A DNA stretch of 64,000 nt from Emiliania huxleyi CCMP1516 (lineage: Eukaryota): assembly GCF_000372725.1 (NCBI RefSeq), contig NW_005201912.1, positions 253,711-317,710 of the forward strand. Direction: 5' to 3'. The notes under the pieces are model-generated. The model saw only the letters and a list, made by a program, of their open reading frames with translations. It searched no databases and had not been told where the DNA came from. The position numbers were made by a program, and so were the translations under genes. Shown here in pieces: positions 36,131-48,200 of the stretch (position 1 is its first letter; each line of letters opens with the position of its first letter).

Positions 36131-39100
36131 CTAACCGGCGGAGAAGAGGCTGCTGGCGGAGTTGACGTGTTGCTGCTGGTACGACGCGGGCATGAAGATG
36201 TCGAACTTGCCGCTCGCGCGGCGGCCGTGCTTCGCGGAGACGGCGGCGTCCTCCGGGTCGCCGAGGATGAAGCCCTGCTCCTCGAAGCAGCGCGCCGCCT
36301 CGGCGAAGGCGTCGTGGATCGAGGCGGGCGGCCCGCCCGCCAGCTCGATCTCGGCCATCTCGCCGAGCTTGCCGTAGAAGCCGCGGCAAAAGGCGATGGC
36401 GGCCTTGTCCTCGAGCAGCGAGTCCCAGCCGATGACGTACAGGTGCGGCATCTCGCGGTGGATCAGCTCGCCGAGCGGGCGCAGCGTGTGGCAGCCGTGC
36501 AGCAGCACCGCCTGCAGGTCGGGGCAGTCCTCCCGCAGCAGCCGGATGAGCTCGTCGGGAGGGACCGGCTGCAGCGTGCCCCCGCGCTCAAAGGCGAGCG
36601 CGCCGGCGTAGGCGCCGGCGCGGACCGCGTTGCCGTGGCCGGAGAACTGGATCACGCGCGGCGACAGCTCGCGCGCCACGTGCGCCACGTCGTCGGGGAA
36701 GGTGGCGGCGGGCCGGATCTCGCGCTGCATGTGCGGGATCGCCTCGCAGCACTCCTGGTAATAATAATAATAATAATATAATAATAATAATAAGAAGAAG
36801 AAGAAGAAGAAGAAGCACTCCTGGATCTCGTTCATCAGCTGCAGCTGCGTGATGGTGCGGCCGGAGCGGGTGCGGCGCGGCGACGAGAAGAGGGCGAGCA
36901 GCATCACGTGCTTGGACTTCTCCGTGTCGAGCGCGCCGCGGAAGATCTTCTTCTTCATCAGCTCCTTGACCGGCTCGCGCGTGGGCGGCGCGCGGCCGAG
37001 CATGTGCTCGGTGATGAGCTTGCCCATACTCGCGTCGGGCCACTCAGTGCGCGTCAAGCGCGACGCCACCACCTCGTAGAAGCGGTCGGCCGACCAGCGC
37101 TCGTCCTGCGCGTCGGTCGAGACGGGCCCGTCCGCGCCGTCGCCCGCGCCGTCGCTCCAGTCGCCGAGGAGCTGCCGCCCGTTGCAGAGCTCGTACAGCA
37201 CCAGCCCGAGCGACCACACGTCCGCCGACGCGCGCACGACCAGCCGGCCGGCGGCGGCGGAGACAGAGCCCGACGCGCGGCCGGGGACGGAGCGCCGCGC
37301 CGAAAAGCCGGAGGCGCACGCGGAGGAGCCCGCGCTGCAGCCGCCGTTCGCGCTGGAGTCGCGGCCGGAGCCGCAGCTAGACGCCAAGGGCGAATGGTCG
37401 TCCGACGTGGCGGCATCGGCGAGGTTCTCGTCGAGCGGCGACGCCGACGGGTCCGATTTGACGAGGCTCTGCAGCTGCAGCCGGCCCGAGCCGACCGAGC
37501 TGGCGGCGGGGAGGGAGACGGCGGGCAGGTTCTCGGCGGCGAGGAGCCGCGAAAAGCTCCTCGTCCTCGTCACCACCAGCTGCTCCCTCGCCACCAGCTG
37601 CTCCTCGTCCTCGTCCTCGTGGCGGTCGCCGCTGCTCGCGTTGGCCGCCGCCGCCAGCGCCGCCGCCCTCCTCACCGACAGAATCTCTGGCGGCGCGTAC
37701 TGCGGCGTGCAGGCGTACCGGTCGGCGTGGCGCGCCTCCCCCTCCTCGAGCACGGCCTAACGGGACGCGTCGTGGACGTGTCAGGGACATGCCGCCCGAG
37801 AGGCGGGGGGGACCCTGCCGGCGGGCGGCGGTTGCGTCGTAGTCGATCAGCTTCCAGTCGCCGCCGAAGCGCAGAAAGTGCGCCGGCTTGAGGTCGTTGT
37901 GCACGAGCCCCTTGTCGTGCAGCTTGTCGGCGCACTGCAGCAGCCGCAGCGCCACCGCGCGAGTCGCGATCGTTGAGAGGCCCGACGCGATCCCGCGGTA
38001 TGGGCTCGCCGCCGCCCTCGCGCGCGAGAAGGTGGCGAGGTCCGAATACTGGTGGTCCGCAAACTCGATCACGAGGATGGTGCGGTCGCCCTCGACGAAG
38101 GCGTCGTACAGCACTGGCGCCGTCTCCCCGCCGAGCAACCGCAGCACGGACGCCTCCCGCTTTGCGGCGGCGCGGCGGGAGGCGCCGTCGTACACCTTGA
38201 GGCAAACCTCGCGGTGCGAGATCGAGTCCTGCGCGTAGAAGACCGCCGCCTGCACCTGTTGAGTGCAGGACGGGAGAGCTGTGCGCCGGCGGCCGTTTCC
38301 TCGCGCACGAGCACGAGGCAGCCGCCAGCACCTGCCCCGAGACCGTGTACCGCCCCGCCTGCAGCGTGGCCGGCATCGACCCGCCAGAGGTGCGGAAGCG
38401 GCCGCTCAGCGTCAGCCGCCCACTCATCGACGGCCCGAGACGGCCGCGGACGGCGTCGAGCATCTCGGCGAGCTCCTCCTCCCACGCGTCGTCGAGCGCC
38501 GCCGCCGCCTCGAGCGGCGTGATGCCCTTCGCGTCGTGCGCCGAGCGGCCGTCGATCATGAGGTGCCTAACCTCGGGTCGTCTCGGGTCATCTCGGGTGG
38601 TCTCGGCCAGCCTCGGCCGGCGACCGATCATGAGGTGCGTGTCGCGCAGCAGCAGCTCCGTCATCTTGCGGTGCGTCCCGCGCACCGCAAGATGCATCGC
38701 CGACTCTCCCGTGGTGCGGAGCCGCTGCTCGATGTGCGTGCGGCCCAAATTGCCACTCAGCAGCGGCGGGTTGCCGCCCGCACGGCGCAGCAGCGGAAGC
38801 GCGACAGCCTGAGCGCCGACAGCCGCTGCAGCGAGCAGCAAGTTGCAGCCGTCATTCGCGACATAGTCGAGCAGCACGCGCAAAAACTGCGCCGCCCTGC
38901 TGCCGCCGCCGGAGCCGCCGCCGCCATCGCCATCGGCGCCGGCGTCGCTCCGCAAGGAGGAGGCGCCCCCAAAGCCCGCCGCGTCGCTCGCCAAGGCAGC
39001 GTCGCCGTTCTGAGAACGCGGCGGCGGGTGCGCGCTCGCGGATCGGCTAGCGCCTATGCGGACAGTTCCGCGAAAGCTCCGGGGAGGCAACGTGCGGCGG

Positions 39101-42100
39101 CGGTGCGCTCGCGGGTCGGCTCGCGCCGTGCGTCGGTGGCTCGTCGAGGAGCGGGCAGAGGAGGGACAGGACGAGCTCGCGAGAGGACTCGACGTACCTG
39201 ACCCGTCCAATCAGCTCGCTGGCTGATCGAGTCGTGAGGACGAGAGGCCCGGGTGAGCGGCACCCTGCCACGCCGCGGAACTCGCCGTCGCCGTCGTCGG
39301 CCGAGGTGCGGAGCAGGATGAGGCAGACCTGCGCCGCCGCAGCCAACGGGTCCTCCTCGAGGGGAGAGCCGAGCAGCCACGCGCCTAGTGGAGTCACTAG
39401 TGGAGTCAGCCGTCGTCCGAAGAGTAGCCCCGTCGAGCGGGCTGTGTGATCTCGAGTGATCTCGGGTGTGATCTCGAGTGTGATCTCGAGTGCGATCTCG
39501 TGTGATCTCGAGTGTGATCTCGAGTGTGATCTCGAGTGTGATCTCGAGTGTGATCTCGAGTGTGATCTCGAGTGTGATCTCGAGTGTGATCTCGAGTGTG
39601 ATCTCGAGTGTGATCTCGAGTGATCTCGAGTGTGATCTCGAGTGTGATCTCGAGTGTGATCTCGAGTGTGATCTCGAGTGTGATGGTCTCGAGTGAGCAG
39701 CCACGCGCCGGCGTCGAAGGAGCCGGCCACGCCCACGCCGAGCGAGGAGGAGCTGCTCGCGCTCCTCTGCAGCGGCGGCGCCGACGCCAGCTCGGGCGCC
39801 ATCCTAGCCGATGCGTGCGCCTCGGCGCTGTTTCGCGCCCGCGTGGCATCGGCGTCCGCGCTGGAGGCAGCGCTCGTGCGAGGCACGCTCTCCTGCCTGC
39901 CCGAGAGAGTGGACTGGCGCCGGTAGGAGGGCGGCGCCTCGTCGTGCGGCGCGAGGTCGCCGCCAAAGAAGAGGATCGCCTTTAATAATATAATAATATA
40001 ATAATAATAATATAATAAATATTAACTATTAAAGAAGAGGATCGCCTCTTCGCTCGGCGGCGCGTCCGCCTCGCGCGAAGGGCGCCTGTTCACAGCGTCT
40101 GGCCGCGCTCTCCCCGCCTGTGCCTTTCCCCTCCCCTCCCGCCTTTTGCGGCGAACGCCTGTCGAGCGGCGGTGCCGCCCTCCGGCTGCTCCTCGCCGCC
40201 GCCCGCAGCATGTCGCCCCCAAACGAGAGCCGCGGCGACGACGGCCCCCGACTGCCGCCGCCCAACACCGGACCGCTGCTGCTGCTGCGCGTCGGTAGGC
40301 GGACGGGCGGCGCGTTGCCCAACCGCTCGTCGAGGGAGAGCTTGTCATCGAGGCTCGGCGAGCCGCACTGGTCGCCGCCCGCGCCGCCCTCCCCGACGCC
40401 GCCCTCTCCGACGCTGCCCTCCCCGACGCCGCCCTCTCCGACGCTGCCTGTACAGCGCCCAAGGGAGGAGCCACGGGAGGAGCGGCGGGGGACCGACTCG
40501 GTGCGGCTAGAAATGCTTCCCGAAGCGCCGCACGTGAACCGCCGCGGGAAGCGCATCGCGGGCAGCCCGTCGTCGCACTCCTCCGTCGCGGCGAGAACAA
40601 TCCGCGCGCAGACGAGGAGGCGGAGCAGCGCCTTGAACCGCGGCGCCTGCGACCCGCCCACGTGCCGCTGCGCTCGCGCCTGCTCGCGGCTCACCGTGAG
40701 GCGGAGGCACTCGTGCGCCCGCTGGATGGGCGACCAGCCAAAGGCGTCGGCCTCGACGATCTGCTGCCGAAAGGCAGCCAACCCGTGTGCCTCCCTCGCC
40801 CCTGCCCGCCGCCGGGCCGGGGAGAGGGCGTGGCTGCCTATCGGCGCGGGCTTGAGACACGAGACGACGGCGCTGAGCGAGGCGGCGAGGGCGGCCTTGT
40901 GCAGCGCGTTCTGCCCGAGGTACCGCTCGGGCGAGAGGAAGTGGGCGAGCTGGTGCAGCGAGGAGTCGCCGCAAAGCTCCGCAGGCGCCGCGGCCCTCCT
41001 TTGGGAAGAAGCGAGGGGCCCCTCCGCCACCGCCCTTCGCGGGCCCGGGTCGCTGCTGCCGCCGGGCGATGCAGGGACGGCCGGCGCGGCGGGCCCTTGC
41101 TTGGCCGAGGAGAGGACGCCATGGCGGCGCGGGTGGCTGATGGGCTCGGCGAGGGCGCCGGCGGCGGCGAGGGAGGGGATCTCCGCGTCGAGGAAGGCGG
41201 TGACCTCTTGCAGGTCGGGCATCGAGTCGACGGCGCCGGGCCTTGAGTTGGAGATGGAGCCGCCCGCGTAGGCCCACGTGAGGGCCTGGGCGGGCGAGAG
41301 GTGGCGGCAGCGCGCAGCGACGTACGAGGCGAAGAAGGCGTCCGCGGCGCCGAACGGGTCGACGACCTTCTCGCCGGGCTTGCGCGGCAGGAAGAGCTGG
41401 AGCCGCTCCTCGGTCGGCTCGGCGAAGGCGGGCGGGAGGTCGTCCTCCTCCTCCTCGCCCTCGTCCTCCCCGCGGGGCTGCAGCTGCAACTGCCGCAGCC
41501 GCACCCGCGTCGGCGACGAGGGGACGGACCCTCTGGTGAGGTGAGACAGCGCGAGCGCCCTCGAGGCCGGCGGCTCGCCCCCCCCCTCCCCCCCGCCCCC
41601 CCCCCCGCCCCCCCTCCCCTCCTCGCTGCCCCCACCTCCGCCCCCGCCATCCCCGAGCGCGGCCTCACCGCCCCGGCACGCCGCGCCGCAGCATGGCGCC
41701 GGGGGTGCGGTGGCGGTCCACACCCTCTCGCTCCCCTCCTCCTCGTCCACCGCCCGGAGCGTCGCGACGAGCGACGGGCGGCGCTCCGGCGGAGCGGAGC
41801 GGGCCAAAGGGGCGGACGGGGTGGGGTCGGTGGAGGCGGGGGGATCGGAGGCGGCGGCGGCGGCGGAAGCGGCGAGAGCGGGAAGAGCGGGAGCCGGAGA
41901 GTCGTCCCGCCGCAGGCTGTCGGAGGCGGCGACGGCGGCGACGGCAGAAACGGGGACGGCAGAAACGGCGGCGTCAGCGGCGGCGTCAGCGGCGGCGTCA
42001 GCGGCGGCGGCGGCGGCAGCAGATGATGCGGCGGCGGAGGCGGCGGCGGGTGGGGAGGTTCTCGACCGGCTCCTTCGCCCCGCCTCGCGTCGCAAGCGGC

Positions 42101-44445
42101 CGGCGATGCTGCCGGCGGTCGCCTAGTGGGGCGGACCCTCAGCCCGACTCAATTCATCGACTAGGCGCCCGGCGGGTGGCGCTGGCCGGCGCAGGCCTGG
42201 GCGGTAGGCGAGATATGGGGAGATGTGGGGAGATATGGGGAGATATGGGGAGATATCTATAGCAGGCCTGGGCGGTAGGCGAGAGGCGCTGCTGCGCGAG
42301 GACGCACCCGATGCGCGTGTTGACGAGGACAGTGGAGAGGTTGGGCCAGCGCAGCAGGAGCGAGTCGGCGGCGAGGCCCGCCTGAGAAGGGGTGGGAGAG
42401 CGCCGCACACAGAAGAGGCTGAAGAGGCGGAGGCCGGCGAGGCGCTGCCTCGTCGAGGGTGGCGAGGAGGGGCGAACCTCGGGTCATCTCGGGTCATCTC
42501 GGGTCATCTCGGGTCATCTCGGGTCATCTCGGGTCATCTCGGGTCATCTCGGGTCATCTCGGGTCATCTCGCCTCGTCGAGGGTGGCGAGGCCGCTCGAG
42601 CCCCACGAGAGCAGCCGCGGCGCCTCGCTCTCGCCCACGAAGAGGACGTCGACATGCCCCACCAGCTCACGCACCTCGGAGAGCCGCGAGTCGTTGAGCG
42701 GCGACGCGCGCAGGCAGACGTGCACTCCGGCGGCATGCGCCTCGTCCGCCGCAACAACCATCGGCTCGAGAGGCAGCTCCAGCTGCAGCAGCAGCGCGCT
42801 GTGGGCGGCCTCCTTGCCGGCCAGCCGCGCCCAGCGCTGCGACGCGGTCGGGCGGTACAAGCGGCGCAGCTCGGCCATCTCGCGCTCTCCGACGAGGTTG
42901 TTCGCGCCATCGCACGCGACCGACACCTTCAGTCGAGGACCCGAGCTGACCCGAGCTGACCCGAGATTGTCCGAGATCGCACGTCGCCGACACCTTCTCG
43001 CGCCCGCCCTCGCGCCCCTCGGCGCCGTAGATTTGGACGGCGACGCCGGTGACGGCGGTGGGGTCGCGGGTGACGCCGCGCGTCGACAGGAGGGAGGGGG
43101 CCAGAGTGACCTGGGTGGAACGCTCGAGCGCCCCGAGCAGCGCCGTGCCTAGCTCATGATCGGAGTGGGAATAGGAGCAGGAACCATGGCAAATTAGTGG
43201 CCTACGCAGCAGCGCGGTGCCCAAGTCGTCGCTGCCGACGCGCCCGACGAGGGACGTTGTGACTCCTGTTCAAAGTGTCTGGCGTGTGCGGCCTGCTTTT
43301 CTTCGGTTGAGGCCCGATGTGGGAGGTTGCGATGCCGAGGCGGGCGAGCGCGACGGCCTGGTTGGCGCCCTTGCCTCCGGGCACCTACGCAGTTATACGC
43401 ACTGATGGATAATACTTGCACAGGCCTGGTCCGCGCCCTTGCCTGCCGGCACCGAGTCGAAGACGCCGATGGTGTTGTTCGACTCGAAGAGGCCGACCTC
43501 TGTCTCTGCGCGCAGGTCCATGTTGATCGAGCCAAAGACAATGCAGCGGCCGAAAGTCTTCTGACTGCCGGATGGGTCCAGCCGCAAGCCGCACTTCCTC
43601 CGCACCTGCAAAGCGCGATGCCGAGTCCGGGACATGTCCTGGACAGGTCCCGCCGCGAGCCTCGCCCCGCACCCGGAAGCCCCGGTAGACGCGCTGCAGG
43701 CGGCATGCGGCGGCGTGCGCGGCGTTGCGAGCGGTGGCGAGCTGCTCGCGCCTAGAGCGGGCGAGGGGTCCGAGAAGGCTCCCAGAAGGCTCCACGGCAG
43801 GTGCACGTGCGGTGGCAGCTGCTCGCGCCCGTCGCGCAGGTCGCGGCCGAGCGCCTGCGGGAGATGTCCATGCGCGTGTGAGGCGGGACGCGTCCGAGGA
43901 CGTGTCCGAAGCACGTGTCCGCCCGCCTGGAGGACATCCCCTCCCTCCGTCGCCAGCGCCGCGTACAGCAGCGCGCGCACGAAGGCGAGCTCGTTGGTCG
44001 ACTGCTCGACCCGCGCGGCGTTCGCGTCCAGCACCGCCCGCAGCTTTGCCGCCGAGCCGGGAGCCTCGGCCAGCTTCGCCTCCAGCTCGGCCTGCTTGGA
44101 GCGCTCGGCGCCGGCCGCCTCGACCACCTTGACGAGTGCGGGCAGCGCGTGGGAGTGCTCGAGCGCCATGGCCCACGCGGCGAGGCGGGCCGCCTGCTCC
44201 TCGCGCGGCAGCTCGCTCAGCCCCGACGGCGCGAGATCGCTCGGCCCCGCGTCGGACCAGCTGGCTCTGCGCTCTGCGATGTTCGGCCGCGCCGCCGCCG
44301 CCGCGCCGAACTCAGAATGCGTCTGGCTGAGCCGGCGCACCCGCTGAGGGCTCGCCTGCACGACGGTGTCGAGCTCGACCAGCCGCTGCTGGATCGACTG
44401 CTCGGTCATCATGTCTGAGTCCTCAGAGCTGACAGAGACGTCCAT
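36131..44445 (-). CDS. Giant multidomain protein (~2,200 aa): IQ motif, ribokinase/PfkB domain, ankyrin repeats, protein kinase, C-terminal CHAT (caspase-like) domain; ~18 introns
   Basis: Frame stays open with introns 43855-43926, 43752-43828, 43606-43672, 43385-43452, 43266-43335, 43149-43220, 42927-42993, 42382-42572, 42123-42267, 40086-40158, 39980-40045, 39385-39708, ~39198-39263, 39054-39126, 38567-38638, 38256-38331, 37757-37829, 36755-36820. Motifs: LQRVYRGFRVR; GSINMD, PGGKGANQAVALARLGVTTSLVGRVGSDDLG, VVDPFGAADAF; GQNALHKAA, GESAMHLAV, GITPLEAA; HNDLKP, KLIDYD, TPQYAPPE, DVWSLG; IQFSGHG, VLLHGC. Confidence 0.8.
39445..39695. repeat. Intronic 12-bp tandem repeat (GTGTGATCTCGA)n
   Basis: About 20 units inside intron 39385-39708. 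Confidence 0.95.
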
Positions 44446-44536
44446 AGTCGCGCAGGCGTGGGGCCGCCTGCCGGCGCGCCGCCAGCAGACCGGCAGCAGA
44501 TCGGGACGCGAAATCGGGGCGCGGAGAGTCGCGCTG

Positions 44537-44756
44537 GGTTCCGGCTCCTAGCCGGATAGGGGGTCTGCGAGCTGGCCCCTCCCAGATAGGTAGGTAGGTT
44601 GGTCTTGTTTCGCCCAAAAGGGCCCTGCAATAGGTAGGTACCCCCTATTTTCATCTTTTTTCGCTTCGCTGCGCGGCCTGGGGATAGGTAGGTAGGTAGG
44701 GCGTTTTGGCGCGAGTCAGTCCCAACAGACCCCCTATCCGGCTAGGAGCCGGAACC
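44537..44756. mobile_element. MITE (220 bp) with perfect 31-bp TIRs and CTG target duplication
   Basis: GGTTCCGGCTCCTAGCCGGATAGGGGGTCTG (44537-44567) is the reverse complement of 44726-44756; CTG on both flanks. Confidence 0.9.
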
Positions 44757-45278
44757 CTGATGCCTTTGCTCCCCAGTCTGCAGCGTTCACAAGCCTTGTT
44801 GTTGAGAAGAAAATACCTCCGATGGCGCTGTGCGCTGGTCTGTGAGAGGTTGAGGTGCGAGCCCTGGAGGCCCTGGGGATGGGGGGGGACTACCCGCGGG
44901 CTTCACAGCTCCTGCGAGCTGTGTTGACGTCGCCAAAAAGAATTTATTTTCTTTTGTTTTGTAAATTTGGTGTAGCGCGGGCCCTCTCTCTCGGCGAGCC
45001 GGCACCTCCCCCGCCCGCTCTGCGGCTCTGCGGCCTCCAGCTCCACCCCCGGATTCGCCCTTCACTGCGTCCGACTTGATGCTGCACCCAAGTGCTTCGA
45101 CCAAGTGCTCCGAGTTCCCTCAACAACCCAAAGAAACAAAAAATCAGCCGCGAGAGCGTGTCAGTCACTCGATTGAGCACTTTGGCGCGCGGCTCGCGGC
45201 TCGCGGCTCGCGCCTCGTTCTCAGTCGCTTCAAGTCTCGCGTCATCGCCGGACCTTCGCGTAGTCGCCGGCTCCTGTG

Positions 45279-48200
45279 ATGCACCGTGGTTACACTCGGT
45301 GCGCAGGCGCGGGCGCAAAGTCCAGCTGCACTGCACCTCGCACCTCACAAGTGGCAGTGCACGCCTCGCCTTCTCCGCATCGACCCTGGCTGCTACTCAT
45401 CTTGCTCCTGTCTGCTCCGTCCGCCGCCTCGGAACCCACGTGCCGTCGTCCCAGCACGGCGAGGGGTGGCCTCGCTTATGGGTACGTCTTCAATCAGCCA
45501 GGTGACGCCGAGGCGGATCTCACCGTCGCAAACTTTGATGCCTCAGCCTTTGCCAGTACGATCAGCTGCCTCCCTGGCCTCAATCAGACGGGGCCAATCA
45601 CTGCAGAGGTCTGTCCCTTCGACTGCGCGGGTATTTGCAACGGAGGGCCTGGATGCCAGGACGCCTGCGCCCAGACGGTCGGGGATGATGCCCTTGACTA
45701 TACCCTGACGGGGTGCGAGGCGCTCGAGGTCGCAGCATTCCCGCCATGTTGCGACTGCTGGCGCGGCTGCGGCGGCTGCGGCTCCGATGAGTGCTGGGGG
45801 CGCAATTCTACCATCTGGGATAACACGATCGGAGCCTTCAACACCTTTGGCCACTGTGACTGCGACAATGACCTCATCCGGACAGACACTGCTTGGAAGC
45901 AATGTACCAGGAACATTCCCGGCTATGGTGGGGGTCAGCTCTGCGTGTTGCCGCCCCGCGACTCTCTTCCCTCGCCGCCGCCGCCATCACCGCCACCGCC
46001 GCCGCCGCCACCGCCGCCGCCACCGCTGCCGCCCTACCCGCCCGACAATGCACCTACACCGCCGCCGCCATCGCCGCCGTCCCCCTGCGTCCACGACGAC
46101 AGCAAGTGCTCCGACGATGGCGACAACTGCTACGCCGATGGCCAGTCTGAGGCTCAGACCTGCAGCGACGGCTACACCGCCAGCCCTCACCCCGACGAGC
46201 CTCGGAACAACGGCCGCTACACGTGCTACCCGCCTCACTGCCGCTGCGACGCGTCCAAGTGCTCGAGCGAAGGCGACGATTGCTGGGCGGTCGGCTTGCT
46301 AGACGGTGAGGCGCAGACGTGCCGCGACGGCTACTTGCCGATCGCGTTCAGTGACTGGCAGTACACCTGCTGCTTCGACTTTGACCAGCCGCCGTCGCTG
46401 CCGCCGCTGCCGCCGGTCCCGCCCTACCCGCCAGCCCAGGTCCCCGCTCCGCCGCCGCCGTCGCCCCCGTCCCCCTGCGTCCACGACGACAGCAAGTGCA
46501 ACGACTGCTACGCCGATGGCCAATCCGAGCCTCAGACCTGCAGCGACGGCTACACCGCCAGCCCTCACCCCGAGGACCCTCACAGCGAATGGCGATACAC
46601 GTGCTACCCGCCTCACTGCCGTTGCGACGCGTCCAAGTGCTCGAGCGTAATGGGCTGCTACGCGGACCCAAGCTACGAGGCAAGGACGTGCCGCGACGGC
46701 TACTTGCCGATCGCGACCAATGAATGGGAGCAGTACACCTGCTGCTTCAACTTCGACCAGCCGCCGTCGCTGCCGCCGGTCCCGCCCTACCCGCCAGCCC
46801 TGGCCCCCGCTCCGCCGCCGCTGTCGCCGCCGTCCCCCTGCGTCCACGACGACAGCAAGTGCTCCGACGATGGCAACAACTGCGAGGCCGATGGCCAGTC
46901 TGAGGCTCAGTCCTGTAGCGACGGCTACACCGCCAGCCCTCACCCCGACGAGCCTCGGAACAACGGCCGCTACACGTGCTACCCGCCTCACTGCCGCTGC
47001 GACGCCTCCAAGTGCTCGAGCGCCGGCGGCGACTGCTACGCAGACGGCACGCCAGACGGTGAGGCGCAAACGTGCGACGACGGCTACTTGGTCGTCCCTG
47101 TCAATGACGGGCAGTACACGTGCTGCTTCGACTTCGACCAGCCGCCGTCGCTGCCGCCGCTGCCGCCATTCCCGCCAGCCCTGGCCCCCGCTCCGCCGCC
47201 GCCGTCGCCACCGTCCCCCTGCGTCCACGACGACAGCAAGTGCTCGAGCGATGGCAACGACTGCTACGCCGATGGCCAGTCCGAGGCTCAGTCCTGCAGC
47301 GACGGCTACACCGCCAGCCCTCACCCCGACGAGCCTCACAACGAATGGCACTACACGTGCTACCCGCCTCACTGCCGCTGCGACGCCTCCAAGTGCTCGA
47401 GCGATGGCGACGATTGTTTTGCCTACCCAGGCTACGAGGCTCAGACGTGCGACGACGGCTACTTGGTCGTCCCTGTCGATAACTTCCTTTACTCGTGCTG
47501 CTTCAACTTCGACCAGCCGCCGTCGCTGCCGCCGCTCCCACCCTACCCGTCCCAACCGCCGTCGCCACCGTCGCAGCCGCCATACCCTCCAGGTGCGGCT
47601 CCGGCACCGCCGCCGCCGCCCTCGTTCTCACAGATCTCGGCGGGCGAGGAGCACACGTGCGCCGTGTTGGACGGCGTGGGACACGTCGAGTGCTGGGGCC
47701 AGGATGAGGATGGCCAGAGCACGCCGCCTCCTGGCGTGGCCTACTCACAGGTCTCGGCGGGCGACTCGCACACCTGCGCGTTGAGGTCGGAGAATGGCTA
47801 CGCGGAGTGTTGGGGCTCGGACGACAACGGCAAGAGCACGCCGCCGTCCGACGTGTCCTACTCGCATATCGCGGCGGGCGATGATCTCACCTGCGCTCTG
47901 AGGTCTGACAACGGGCACGCTGAATGCTGGGGAGATTTCGATGATGAGTACGTTCCACCGCCCGGCGTGGCCTACTTGCACATCTCGGCGGGCGGGGACC
48001 ACATCTGCGTCATCCGGTCGAACGACTCGCGCGCTGAGTGCTGGGGTTTCGAGGATGGCCAGAGCACGCCGCCTCCTGGCGTGGCCTACTCACAGGTCTC
48101 GGCGGGGGGCGAGCACACCTGCGCGTTGAGGTCGGAGAATGGCTACGCGGAGTGTTGGGGCTCGGACGACAACGACAAGAGCACACCGCCGTCCGACGTG

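Noticed and set aside
39445..39695. CRISPR-like array
   Set aside because: Head-to-tail 12-mers with no unique spacers, inside an intron; no cas genes.
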